Below are positions 11,522-22,509 of a DNA stretch of 64,000 nt, in pieces. The stretch is from Prorocentrum cordatum (Eukaryota): contig CAUYUJ010000311.1 in the NCBI GenBank assembly GCA_963575745.1, positions 1 to 64,000 of the forward strand. The letters are read 5' to 3'. The notes under the pieces are model-generated. The model saw nothing but the letters and a program-made list of their open reading frames with translations. It was not told the origin of the DNA and did no database searches. Each line of letters opens with the position of its first letter. Position 1 is the first letter of the stretch. A program made the position numbers and the translations under genes.

Positions 11522-14500
11522 CTAGGGCAGTGGGGCGAGCAGCATCTGGCACAGCCTGCACACGCTCCCTGAAAACGCATCGGGCAAGACAGCAAGATCA
11601 GGCCGCAACCCCGCACGCGCCGCATCGACAGCAGGGCGACTTGCCATGCCGACGCCTATGGCGCAAAAGCTGTGCCAGGATAGCTGGCACACGCTGCACT
11701 TATCGACGCGGACAAGCCCACTCGAGCTTGGGTCCGTGCGGCTCGTGCCGCAAAAAAAACAATGTGGCGTGAATGGGTCAACGATTGCTCGATCAGTCGC
11801 CGCAAGCGCGGTCTCCCACATCTTCTTCAGTGCACATACATCGTCGTGAACAGGCTCACGACTGTCCCTGGCTTTTGCCATTCTGACCCCAATTGATGGC
11901 AGTACAATGTGATTGACACTGTCGTGCCAGTACATCCCCCCGCTCGGCACATAAGCGGGCTGCCACCGTCCGCCAACAACTTGCAACGTGGTTCCCCTCC
12001 CATACTTCATGTTCGGTTCCTCCCAGTGGATCAGAAGGACGCTCCGATCACCTTCGACTGTGACATCGGCCATAGTCAGGTTGTACGGCGGAGAGGGCCC
12101 ACCGAGTGGGCCACCGAGCTCAGACCGCCTCCACTCCAGTAATCTAGCGCCTTCCGACGCAGACTCTAACCATGCTGCGAGGACGGCTTCGACGTGAGTG
12201 CGGTTGGACATCAGCGCATCGCAGCGATCGATCAGATCGGCGTCATCCTCTGGGCAATCGCGGGACCCTGGCTCTCCGCCAACCTCCGCCTCTGCCTCGC
12301 GCACGGCCGCCGCCAGGTCGGCGTCGGCGAGAAGAACGTCGTGCTGAAGCTCGCAGACGTTCGCGCTGATCCCAGGATCAGCCTGCTGGGATGGGGCGGG
12401 CGCGCGCGCGCCCTCCCCACCGACCCCATTGAGCGTGCGTGCGCCAGAATTTCCAAGCGACCCAGCCGCGGCGACGAGGCATGTGTTCCTACGCTCCAAG
12501 ACGGGCCGGGCTAGACAGAACTTAGGTGACCTAACCCCGCGCAACCTCCGGCTCCGACAGGACCCCGCGAAACGCAAGTTGGTAAATCCCCGGCGGAGCG
12601 AGCTGGATAAGTTCAAAGCGATTCAGCCGCGCGGCGCCTGTCCGATCCAGCCCCCAACCCGCCCAGGGCCCTGAAGGTCCCAGACGGCGACATCCCACGC
12701 TCCAATAGGCGCTACGCAATCACTTTCAGACCCCGCCCCCACAGGGCCCCAAGTAAACAAGACGGCGAGCTCCAGGAACCCAGGGTCAGACCCCCCGGTG
12801 GGCGAGGAATGGGTTTCAGAGCGATCCAGCCGTGGCGACAAGGCAGATGCACTCCAAGAGGCGAGAGACACCTGACCTCCCCCCCCCCCCCCTTCCCCGC
12901 GGCCCCGACAGGGCCCGAAGTCAAGCGCGCAGGTAGGAGGGGGCAACTGCAAATTATTGGAAGAGGGGTGGCCCATGAGAGGCGTCCTCCGTGCCTCCGT
13001 GCGACGGGCGCACTCGGCCTCGATGCTTGCGGCTAGCCCGTCTCGATCGATGGAAGTCCCCAGCCACGCGTCGTCGTCGTCCCCGTCTCCGAGCTCGGCG
13101 TGGAGTCCGAACCCAGGGCTGTGCTGTTGAACAAGTTCGGCCTCGCGAGCATGTGAAGCAGCCTCTCCGAGAGCATCTTGGCTCTTGGTCGCTGCGGCAT
13201 CGTGTTTCATGTCAGACTCATCCAGCAAGCCTTCGTTCCTCAAAGCTTCGGCCAGGCATCGCAGCAGCTCGGCGTCGTAATGGTCCCTAGGCTCCTCATC
13301 ATCATTAGCTGCAGGTTTGTATTCGTCATCATCGGCTTCGGAACCGTCGCCAGCGTCTCCACCGCCCTCGCCGCCACTGCCTCCAGGATCGCCGCCGTCG
13401 CCGTCGTGCTCGGTTCTCATACGCTTCTCGGCCGGACCCTTGTTCTTCTTGGGCTTGACCTCCGGCGGCATGCGCTGCCTGGGGAAACCGCGGGGAGGGG
13501 GCGCTCGCATTGCCGCGGCGCGCCCCTCCAGCAAGGCTGAACCTAAACGGCGTTGGTCGCTTTCGTTTTGTTTTCGGCCCCCCTCGCTTTTGTCTTGAAT
13601 CGGCCTTCGCCGAAAACGAAGTCCAACCGACAGCGGCCCGCAAAATCGCCAGAAACACCGTTTAGGTCCAGACCTGCCCTCCAGTTTCAGCACGTGGCGT
13701 CCTCAGCCTCTCTCCTACCCCCCCCGTCCGCCGGCCCCTCCTCGCTCGCCTCTTTCCTCGCACCCCCGCTCCTTCCTCGCCTCCTTCCTCGCCTCCTCCC
13801 TCCTCAAAACTCAAACCCAAAAACTAGATCATCCACAAGTGGCTCAAGCCTCAATGAGAATACGTGTGCGGCGTCGGTGCACACGCGCAAATACAAGCTG
13901 CTGGTGTACACGTACCCGTCGTCGCCGTCGCCGACGGGCACGGCGTCGCCCTCGGGCGCGGCCACAGCCACCGCGCCCGCTGCGTGATCGGGTTGCTCGC
14001 GGCCGCGAGCATGCCAGGAAACGGTATGTGATGTCACAGGTATCTCGTTGGCATCGCCTCCTGGACCAATAGGGTGGGCCTGCAACAGCTCGTAGTGCTC
14101 CCCCCAAACATCAAAAGAATGCGTGGGGCGCATCGGCAGCTCAAGCCGAGCTTCGAATACATCGCCGACTCGATCGTACACGTCAACGGCCACCATCATG
14201 CCAAGGGAAAAGTTCTTCTCTGCGCATAAGTACCCACGGGACCCCACCTCAACCGCATCCTTGCCAACGAACCAACACCTTGAGAAATCTGGCAACTTAC
14301 AGGAGCGATGCCACAACGTATTGTACGCCTCTCTCCAAAGACAAGCATGAGTCTTCTCTGGTGGGTGAACTGGCGCAGGTAAGATGCGTGAATCATCATA
14401 TGCGGTGCAAGGGTTCCATCTATCAGGGTTGCCAACGACGTGGTTATAGCTGTCCGGGCTGGCGTTAAGGGTTTCATCCAGGAGATCTCTCGCAAACTCT

Positions 14501-17500
14501 TTGATGGCACTGAACTTCAACGACGCCCCTCTTTTTCCGACCCCTAACGCCTTCTTCAATGACGCCCTCGAGGATATCAGCGGGAGAGAAATATTCCTGG
14601 CTCGCTCGCAGTTCACTTTGATCAACGAGTTGACGCCCTCCAGCTCTTGGGTGTCCAGGAGCGTCCACATGGCCATCGCCGCGGCGATGACGTAGACGCC
14701 TCGTGGAGGCACCGATCCATCACGCGCGGCCTGTTCGACATCTGGTCTAAACGCAACCACCACCTTAGCTGTGTTCACATCGAGCTTACCATGTGCTTCC
14801 ATATCCAAGACCATCTGGGCAACTACCCGACGCGCGTCGCAACGGTAGCCGGGCTCCCTGTAAGCAAACCACACCAACTGCAAAGGGAATGTCGCCAGAG
14901 GCTCACTTACCCGCCGGTGGAAGCTGCAGCAGTTATGGCATATCATAAGCGCACCCAGTTCCAGGAAATACTCAGCACCGTCGTCGTCGCACATGGTTAC
15001 CCAGTCGTGATCGCAAAGAGCGCGCGACCAGTCGGTCGCTATGTCCACGCACCGTGAAAACACCAATCTGGCGAGCATCCCCCCGTCAGTTGCAAGATCG
15101 CCAGTCGGCTTCTCGAGGGTTCGCTTAAACCTGTCCAGGGGGGCCGTCGCAACGCAAGCCAGATCCAATGTGCGCCAGAACGCTTTGTCGCGCACCGCTT
15201 TCATAATGTCCTCAGCAGGAGGGGGGGCGGGGCGGGGGGGGAGGAGGAGAACGACGACGACGAGGAGTCGGAGTCGACGAGGACGACGACGAAGGTTGGG
15301 GGAGGAGGAGGATCGGAGAAGAGTGGAGGAGGACGAGGGTAGGAGTCCACGGTATGAGGAGTGGGGGGCAGGAAGAAGGGGCCTGTTTCCACTGGCTGAC
15401 TCTCGCTGAATGCGCCTGCAAGGACTCCACGGCGGGGTCGTCCGCATGGCCGCGACCCTCGGCGGCGTCAGCTGGCCTCCAGGGCCCCAGGCCAGCAGCA
15501 GGGGCAGCGGAACCGACCGGCAAAGGCCAAGACAGATGCGGTCCTGACACCCCTTGGGCCTCGGGGACCCCATCATCGGCCTCGACGGCCAGCGGCGTCG
15601 ATGACAATGATGCGACGATGGGTCCCCCGCGGCCCGCGGCGGGCCAGGAACGCATCTCCCCGGGCTGGGAGCTGTGAGAGCGCGTTGGGAGTCAGTCAGG
15701 AGTCGGAGAGTAGGACAGAGTAGGAGCACAGTAGGACACTCAGTAGGAGTGGAGCGCGGGACCCCAATGGGGCCCCCCCATCTTGTAGAGGAGAAGAGAA
15801 GAGCAAGAGAGAGCGAGAGCGGAGAGAAAGGAGTGCAGCGAAAGCCTGCGGTCTCGACGAGCTGCGGCTGCGCGGGCGCGGCACTGCGGCGTCAGATCGC
15901 ACCTGCAGTTCGCGTGCATGCCAAACGTGGGTTCAACTTGCACCATGCCAGCTTGCTGGAGTAAAATTTGGAATATCCCCACGGATCCCCAGCGGCCGGA
16001 CAGCACCCGTTGTGGCAGATTCTTGACGTGGCGAAGTGCACTCTCTGGACCATTGCAGGACTTCCACGCCTCGAACACAGAACGCGCTCCGTCTCGCCAA
16101 ATCTGGTTGAGTTTGGACAAGCTTGCGTAGTAGTGCCATTTAGGGCGCATGTTGTCAGGAAGCCGGTTGTGCAGGAAATGGTCAGTGCGTTTCAAGAAGT
16201 CGTTATGTATCAATGCATGCCCGTGATGCAGGCAAGAGGTGTCCACCACGATCGTGTTCTGAGAGCCGGCGATGTCCCCCTTCAAGAGCTTCTTGAAGAC
16301 GACCTGACTCGGGCCGAGTCGAGGGGGCGGCCGGCCGCGGCGCCAGGCGGAGGAGGAGGAGGAGGGGGCGGAGGCGGAAGAGGAGGCGAGGCGGAAGGAG
16401 GAGGGGGAGGAGGAGGAGGAGGGGGAGGGAGGGCGAGGGCGGGAAGCGGGCTGGCGGCCACTGGCGGAGGATAAGGAGGGGGGAGGAGGAGGAGCAGGAG
16501 GAGGGAGGAGGAGGAGGAAGCCGAGGGGAGGGGGAAGGGGGGGGTACGGTGGGAGGGTCGGCGGATGGATAAGGTAAGAGGAAGAGGAGTGGAAGACCAA
16601 CGACGACGAGGATGGCCCCGACCTGGTCTGGGCCGCCGTCAGAGACGTAGTTCAGGATTTTCCAATTCACTGCTACCTCAGGGTGCTCGCCAGACGTAGT
16701 CGCTCCCATCTCAGACCACGAAAACCCAACGTTCTCACAAACTTTGCGAACCATGCGGTAGGTGCCCAGTCCAGTGCCGTCAGCTGCAACTTGAAGATCC
16801 AAGATGCGACAGCGTTGGACAGACGAGTCGACCATGCGGTCGCGGATGTGTTCGGAGCCCAGCGCGTGCGAGCCGACGTAGATGCTGTGCAACTCTGTCG
16901 TCATCAGCTTGGACCGGTGCCAGACGCCGCTGTTCGTGGCGTCCGACCTCAGCGTGTGCATTTGTAGGCTGCACACAGTCCTCGCAGCGACACGAGCATC
17001 GGCATCACGAAGTAGTTGCGCCTGATATTCTGCAAGCTGAAGGGCAGCCTCAGCCTCGTTGGCGACGTGGAAGTCCAGAAATGCAGCCTGCAAGCGGGAG
17101 CCGAAGTTGACCTCTGTCCTGCACACCGATTGGTGCGATATGTCTTGCAGGACGACGGCGCCAACAGATGCAGCGGCAACGTTGGCCATGTTCTTCCTCA
17201 TTGCCAGGGCGCCTGCGCCAGGGAGCGTGAGCCGCGTGTCTTTTTTCCCCCGCACGATGTCGAAGCATGGCTCGGCACGGCGGGCGCTGCCAGTGTGCAC
17301 GGCGAGCTGCTTCTCAAGGTCGCCGATGTGCTTTGCGTAGGCCGCCCTAACGGCAGCGGCAGCCAACTTGACGCTCTTGAGTTCGGCCGCGTATGCGTCG
17401 AGCTGAACATCTCGAAACTGAATCGTCGACACGAGCGCCTCCTGAGACATTGAAGCATAATTGCCCTGTAACCTCCGGCGCCTGGCAATCGCATTCCCAC

Positions 17501-17999
17501 TCGATGACGCAGCAACAATAGACGATGGGCTCGCCGTCGACGAAAGCGAATGCGATGGTTCACTCTCAACAACCTGACTGTGGGACGGCGATGGCGGCTG
17601 CGGCCCCTCCAGAGGCAGCGGCGCAGCGGGCAATGGGCGGATCGCACGCGCCCTCTGCTCGCGCCGGTGCGCCAGCTCTGCGCGCCACTGCGCCGCATGC
17701 GCGGCAGAGAACAATCCGCGTGCACACACAGCAGAGGCGATAGCTGGAAACTGATCTGCAAACGCGTAAGTGGCGTCTCGCACCCACTGGGGTTGCAGGC
17801 GCCTGAGAAACGTTGACTGGCAAACCCTGGGCGGCTGACCCGACGCGGCAGCCAAGAGATTGGGCAGCGTTGCACGGTGTATCAAGAGCTCGTCACCATC
17901 GCCGCAACAGATCACGTGCGTCTGCACAGCGAAGCCGATCCGACGGCGTTCAACAGGGCTTAGTATGACTGGCGGCGGCGCCGCCGCCGCTGGGAGCAT
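11522..17999 (-). CDS. Spliced hAT-like DDE transposase with C-terminal PHD finger
   Basis: Exon 1 (17999-16623) has LRSDATN (D1) and YVSDGGPDQ (D2). Exon 2 (from 16303) has SCLHH (CxxH) and GRWGS (cf. hAT TRWNS). The exon from 15210 has DTQELEGVNSLIK (E, cf. ERxFS). An acidic/basic exon lies at ~13480-12920. The last exon has CFFC..CSVC..WHSFC..VCRLC (C4HC3). Introns 16622-16304 (GT-AG) and 15382-15211 (GC-AG) join in frame; other junctions are uncertain. Confidence 0.75.
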
Positions 18000-18021
18000 G
18001 TTGAGCCAAAATGGCTACGGA
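18000..18021 (-). other. Genomic relic of the dinoflagellate spliced leader abutting the transposase ATG
   Basis: Minus strand reads TCCGTAGCCATTTTGGCTCAAC|ATG, against DinoSL DCCGTAGCCATTTTGGCTCAAG: 21/22 identical. Confidence 0.95.
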
Positions 18022-18449
18022 GGAGGATGGGGCCTGGAGCTGTTGGAGTAGGTGGCTGGTGGCTACGCGCGAAGAACCCACCCACCCACCGCTCGACTTC
18101 TAGGGGGGGGCGCTTTAAGGCTCTCAGCCTGAACTCCCGGGCTCACCGAGCCCGAGCGAAGTGACTCCCCTGACCCTGACCCCGACCCCGACCCCCGGAC
18201 CCCCGCCCTCCAAGGGGGTCTGCCGGTCTGCCAGCAACGGCTCTCGTCAGCAACGGCTGCGGGCCTGCTCCTGAGCTCCTGCTGGGGCGCGGTTGTCCCG
18301 GGCCGGCGGCCCGTGGGCTCCAAGTAGGCCGAAATCTGGATTTGGGGAATACAAATCTTGTCTTGTGCCAAAAAAGGGGTCTGCCATATCGTTTGTGCAG
18401 CGTCTCCACTCTCCACCATTCTCCACCAACGCTCCGAATGTTTGTGGCT

Positions 18450-19540
18450 TCCACGAGATGTCTGAAATTTACGGTTTCTGTGTCTGCGACGAAGGGGTAC
18501 GAGGCTCGTAGATCGAGTTTGTACGTTTGCGAGGCTGTCCCAGTCGAAGTGCGGTGTCCTTCGCTTCGCTCCAATGGGCCCCCAGGGCCCAGGCCCCGGG
18601 CCCCAGGGTCTAGGTAGGGCAGCAGCAGGGGGCCAAGGGGACAGGGGACGCGACAGGGCGAGAGGCTCGAGGCGGCGGCGCAGATGTGACGGAACACCCA
18701 TGCTGGTCGGTCGGTTGTCAGCGGTCAGCGGCAATGTCCCAGAAAGCCTCTGCCCGTGCGAATTCTGCTTACCCCCCTGCAAGCAAGCCTCACGATAGCT
18801 CCAAATTCCGATCGCGGCGAGCGCGACCTGGTCCGCGAATCCGACCCAGATCTCCGACGTGCCAGCGCGAGACTCGGGCCCCGGGCCCCAGCCCTGGCCC
18901 GGGCTCGGGGATGAGGGGGGGCCCGGGGCAGGGGGGGAGGAGGAGGAGGAGGGGTAGGAGGAGTCCTCAGGAGGAAGAGAGGAGGAGCGCGGCCGCAAAT
19001 TTGTTTGGATGCTGAGCTTTTCCAGAACAGTTGGTTAACTCAAGATCGCGATCGGGGGAGGCGGTGGAGGAGGAGGAGGCAGGAGGGGGAGGAGAAGGGA
19101 GAAGAGAGGAGGAATGTGGAAACGATGCGCAGGTGAAGCTCACGCGGGGCCACTGTGGCCATCGAGGCGGCCATCGCAAAACGACCCAGCGAACAGAATC
19201 AGAAAAGCGATCGATGGGGTCGAGAGCGCCAGTGGGCCAGGGCCTAGGGGCCCTAGGGCCGAAATCTCGACGTCGGCGAGTCGGATGTCTGGGAGAGGCA
19301 GCGGCGCCGCGTGCGCGTGCACCCTCACGCTCACGAAGTGCCCCAGATCCTCCACCTCCTCCGCCGCGAAGGCCTTGGACACAAAAAACTTCGAAGCCCC
19401 CTCGGCGCTGCTCTCCTCATCCGAATCAATCGAGCCTCTCAAGGGACCCGTCTCCAGCGCGGGCCGCTGCGTCGGCGGCGCGCGCGCGGGAGCGTGGTGC
19501 GCCGCCGCTGCCATCCCTGAAGAAATGGATTGACGGGCGG
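18450..19540 (-). CDS. Probable multi-exon gene or pseudogene of unknown function
   Basis: Protein-like segments ~19530-19250 (SIDSDEESSAEGASKFFVSKAFAAEEVEDLGHFVSVRVH), ~19060-18993, ~18875-18680 (SEIWVGFADQVALAAIGIWSYREACLQ) and ~18580-18460, separated by GC/GGA-rich intron-like tracts. Confidence 0.35.
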
Positions 19541-20596
19541 GCTCGGGGGTGAGCTGCAGGGGGGGGGGTGCCTGGAGAGGGGCACCGTCGACTTACGGCG
19601 CCCGCTCAACAGCGCGAGTTGCCGCTTAAAGGCCGATGCCATGACCTTCCCGGGCAGCCCCCCCTGCCGCCCACCCCCTGAGATCTGACGGGGCCGGCGG
19701 CCGAGCAATGGGGCGCCGAACGCTGCGGCGTGGTCTCGATCTGACCAGCTACGGATCGATCGTCGGTCGGGTGTCGTCTTGCGCAGCCGACGTTCGGCGT
19801 CGTCGTCGCCGCCGCCGCGGCCCTCGAGTCGGCGACGTCGGCGTGGGCATTGTCGCGACGTCGCCATCGACAACGTCGCCGCCGCCGCCGCCGTCGTCGG
19901 CGTCGATCGTCGACTCTCCCTCCTCCACCTGGCAGTGCCTGGCAGGTCCTAGCCCCTCGCCTCTCGACTTCGCGCGTGCGATGGAGGAGCGGGGGGGGGG
20001 CGGTGCAGGGTGGCGCCCCGCAGCACCCGCTGCAACTTGGAGGGGCCTAGAGGTCCTCAATCGGAGTGGGGCTTGGCACCTCCGAGTCGCACGCGGATTG
20101 TCTGTGGAGCGCACCCCCCCGCCCCCCCCCCCCCCTCCCATCGATCACCGCCCCTCCCGCGGGGCAGGGCAGGGGCAGGCCGACTCTGGACAAAGAGAGG
20201 GGCTGTGGATTTGGCCATGTTTTTAGGCGACCTCTGCATAGCAACAACTTGATTGAACAATGGAACGGCGACTGCTGCAAGGGGCGCCGCACCTTCAGGC
20301 TGAACGGGGAGGGGGTGGGGTCCGGGTGAGGGATGAGGTCTACCATCGCGAGGTTCAGGGACGGGGTGAGATGAGGAAGAGAAAGCGCAGTCGGTCGGAC
20401 CGCCTGCCAAGCGGACGGGGGGCCGGGCGTGCACCGGCGCGGGCAAACCCCGATGCACCGCGCAGTGGTGGCCATTGGGCGAAGGAGGACGGCGCTATAC
20501 ACACTTACCGCAACCTCCCCTCCCCGCGAAAGGCGGGCGCCAACATTCCGAGAGTGCATGCCAAAAAAGGCTGCGCAGCCGACGCGCATGAAAACC

Positions 20597-21373
20597 CTAG
20601 TAAAGGAAATTCTGAGACGCAACCGGGTGCCTGCCAGCGCGCAGCTGAACGAGGGTCTCGCGGCCTCGGGCGTTGCGATACCCACGGCAAGGCTGGATCA
20701 GACCAGCGAAACGCACCTCACCGTAGCAGCCGCAGATGATACACACCATAACCGAACGGTGCCTGCGTAGCATATGGGTGTTGTGGGCGCGGTGGCGATT
20801 GGCACCCATGTTCCCATAGTCGGGCACGTCCGTCAATAATGGGTGAGCCCACGGAAGGTTCTGCGGCCACCCGAACTGGTTCGCCCACGCAGCACCAGCA
20901 TGAGCGGCGACCGCCACGACCTGGCCAGGAGGAGCGGCAGCCTGAACAGGTGCGGCGTGTGCTGCTGGTCCTGGCGCCTGGCCCGCAACGTTCGCGAGCC
21001 GCGGGACATCCGCCACCGCGCCGCGCGCCTGGTAGGGCGCGTTCGAATGCTCCAAGACAGGCCGGGAGGCCGCCAGGCCCCCGACGGTCAAAGAGGGCCC
21101 CTACGACAGGCAAATGGGCCCCCAAGACAGCCCTAGAGGCCCCAACAGGCCCAAGGCCCCTATCATGATAGTCACGAGAGGGTCCCTCCTCGTCTTTGCG
21201 CTCCTCCTTCTCCTCCTTCTCCTCCTCTCCTCCTTCTACTGCTGCGCGGGCGCGGCGTCGGCGAGCGCCGCAGGCAGCTGGATAATTCGGCGGGAAGTCT
21301 GCCGCGAGACCAACTGGCTGCCCGTGCTCAAACGTCACTCGGTATGGCTGGGGCGAGCGGCTCCTGGCGGCCA
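20597..21373 (-). CDS. Small, probably spliced gene ending in a Cys/His (Zn-finger-like) module resembling the LINE C-terminus
   Basis: MAARSRSPQP.. from ~21373. The 20597-21091 ORF ends HNTHMLRRHRSVMVCIICGCYGEVRFAGLIQPC..GRETLVQLRAGRHP. Confidence 0.45.
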
Positions 21374-21531
21374 TGAGGCACGAGGTGCGAGGTGCGCGAA
21401 TGCGAGGGCAGGGCCCTGTGCGGCGCCGAGCTGGCACAAAGCACAAAGTGCGCAATGGCTGCGAAGGTGGTGGCAAAGATTGAAACGCGATCACGATGCT
21501 GGAAAAGAGGGGGCCTGCTCCCCCGCCTCAT

Positions 21532-21808
21532 CCAGGGCCTCTCAAGGCCTCGCCGTTGCATTCGGAGGCCTTCGGCCCTATCCGCCTGACCCCGCGATCC
21601 GCGTGAGAGGCGCGCCGAAACCCCCCAGGCTGACGCGGGGGGCGGGGAGGGGGGGGGGGGGAGCAGGAGAAGGAGAAGGATGAGGAGCAGGAAGACACGG
21701 CGGAGATGAAGCTTGGGGGAACTCCGCGCACCTCTCACACCATCGCGGGGTCAGGTGGATTTGACCGAAGGCCTCCGCGTGTAACAGCGAGGCCCTGAGA
21801 GGCCTTGG
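21532..21808. repeat. Foldback (MITE-like) element with ~88-bp inverted arms
   Basis: 21532-21620 matches the reverse complement of 21721-21808 (ccagggcctctcaaggcctcgccgttgcattcggaggccttcgg..cctgaccccgcgat..gtgagagg). An extra partial arm lies at 21818-21844. Confidence 0.75.
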
Positions 21809-21930
21809 CCCGAAGAATTTCGGCACACCTCTCACGCGGATCGCTTGGATAAGCACCGCGTGCTGAACTCGTCAAGTAGCATATGATGCATGAACCAAAA
21901 AATGCGACGCCAAAGTGTGTGGCGTTGTAC

Positions 21931-21965
<35 letters not shown>

Positions 21966-22495
21966 TGATATCAAATCCAGGGGTTGTGTTATTTACCGAT
22001 CATGTGTTTGGGAGGAAATGTCACTAGTGACGTTGAGTTGCGGCGCGTAAAATGTAATACCTTCGTAGTTTCACGACCTACACTAATATCATGAAACTAA
22101 AAACTTATGATTTTTTGTTACACGAATTCTATAAATTCCATGGGTTGTAACATGTACTGGTCTTGTTTTCTGGTGTATTCTATATTTTATATATAAATAT
22201 TGGACATGGAAATGAGACGCGCCACTATTTTTCAACCCTCAAAATAATAATGCGAAACTAAAAACACAATGTTTTTCATACGTTTGTTTTATATTTCCCA
22301 GGGTTTTTAATATGTTTCGTTCGTTAGTTTTCGGTGGAAACAGAAATTTACATTATAAATTTTCAGTGCAATTCGTGTCGTGAAGTATTTTGCCTGTATG
22401 TATTCTGTAGTACTCATTGTTTTCACTGCATATGAATTCATTATGAATGGTCGTCTGTTGGAAACACCCAAGGAAGCATTTGCATCCACTGTTTT
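21931..22495. other. (TA)n microsatellite followed by an AT-rich non-coding island
   Basis: TA run at 21931-21966, then a sharp drop in GC. The motif gaaactaaaaac occurs near 22094 and 22254. Confidence 0.6.
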
Positions 22496-22509
22496 GTGTC
22501 CACCACCAC

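Noticed and set aside
9700..22000. TIRs/TSD for the hAT-like transposase
   Set aside because: No convincing matching terminal pair found by eye. Short inverted motifs at ~10098-10205 are only local.
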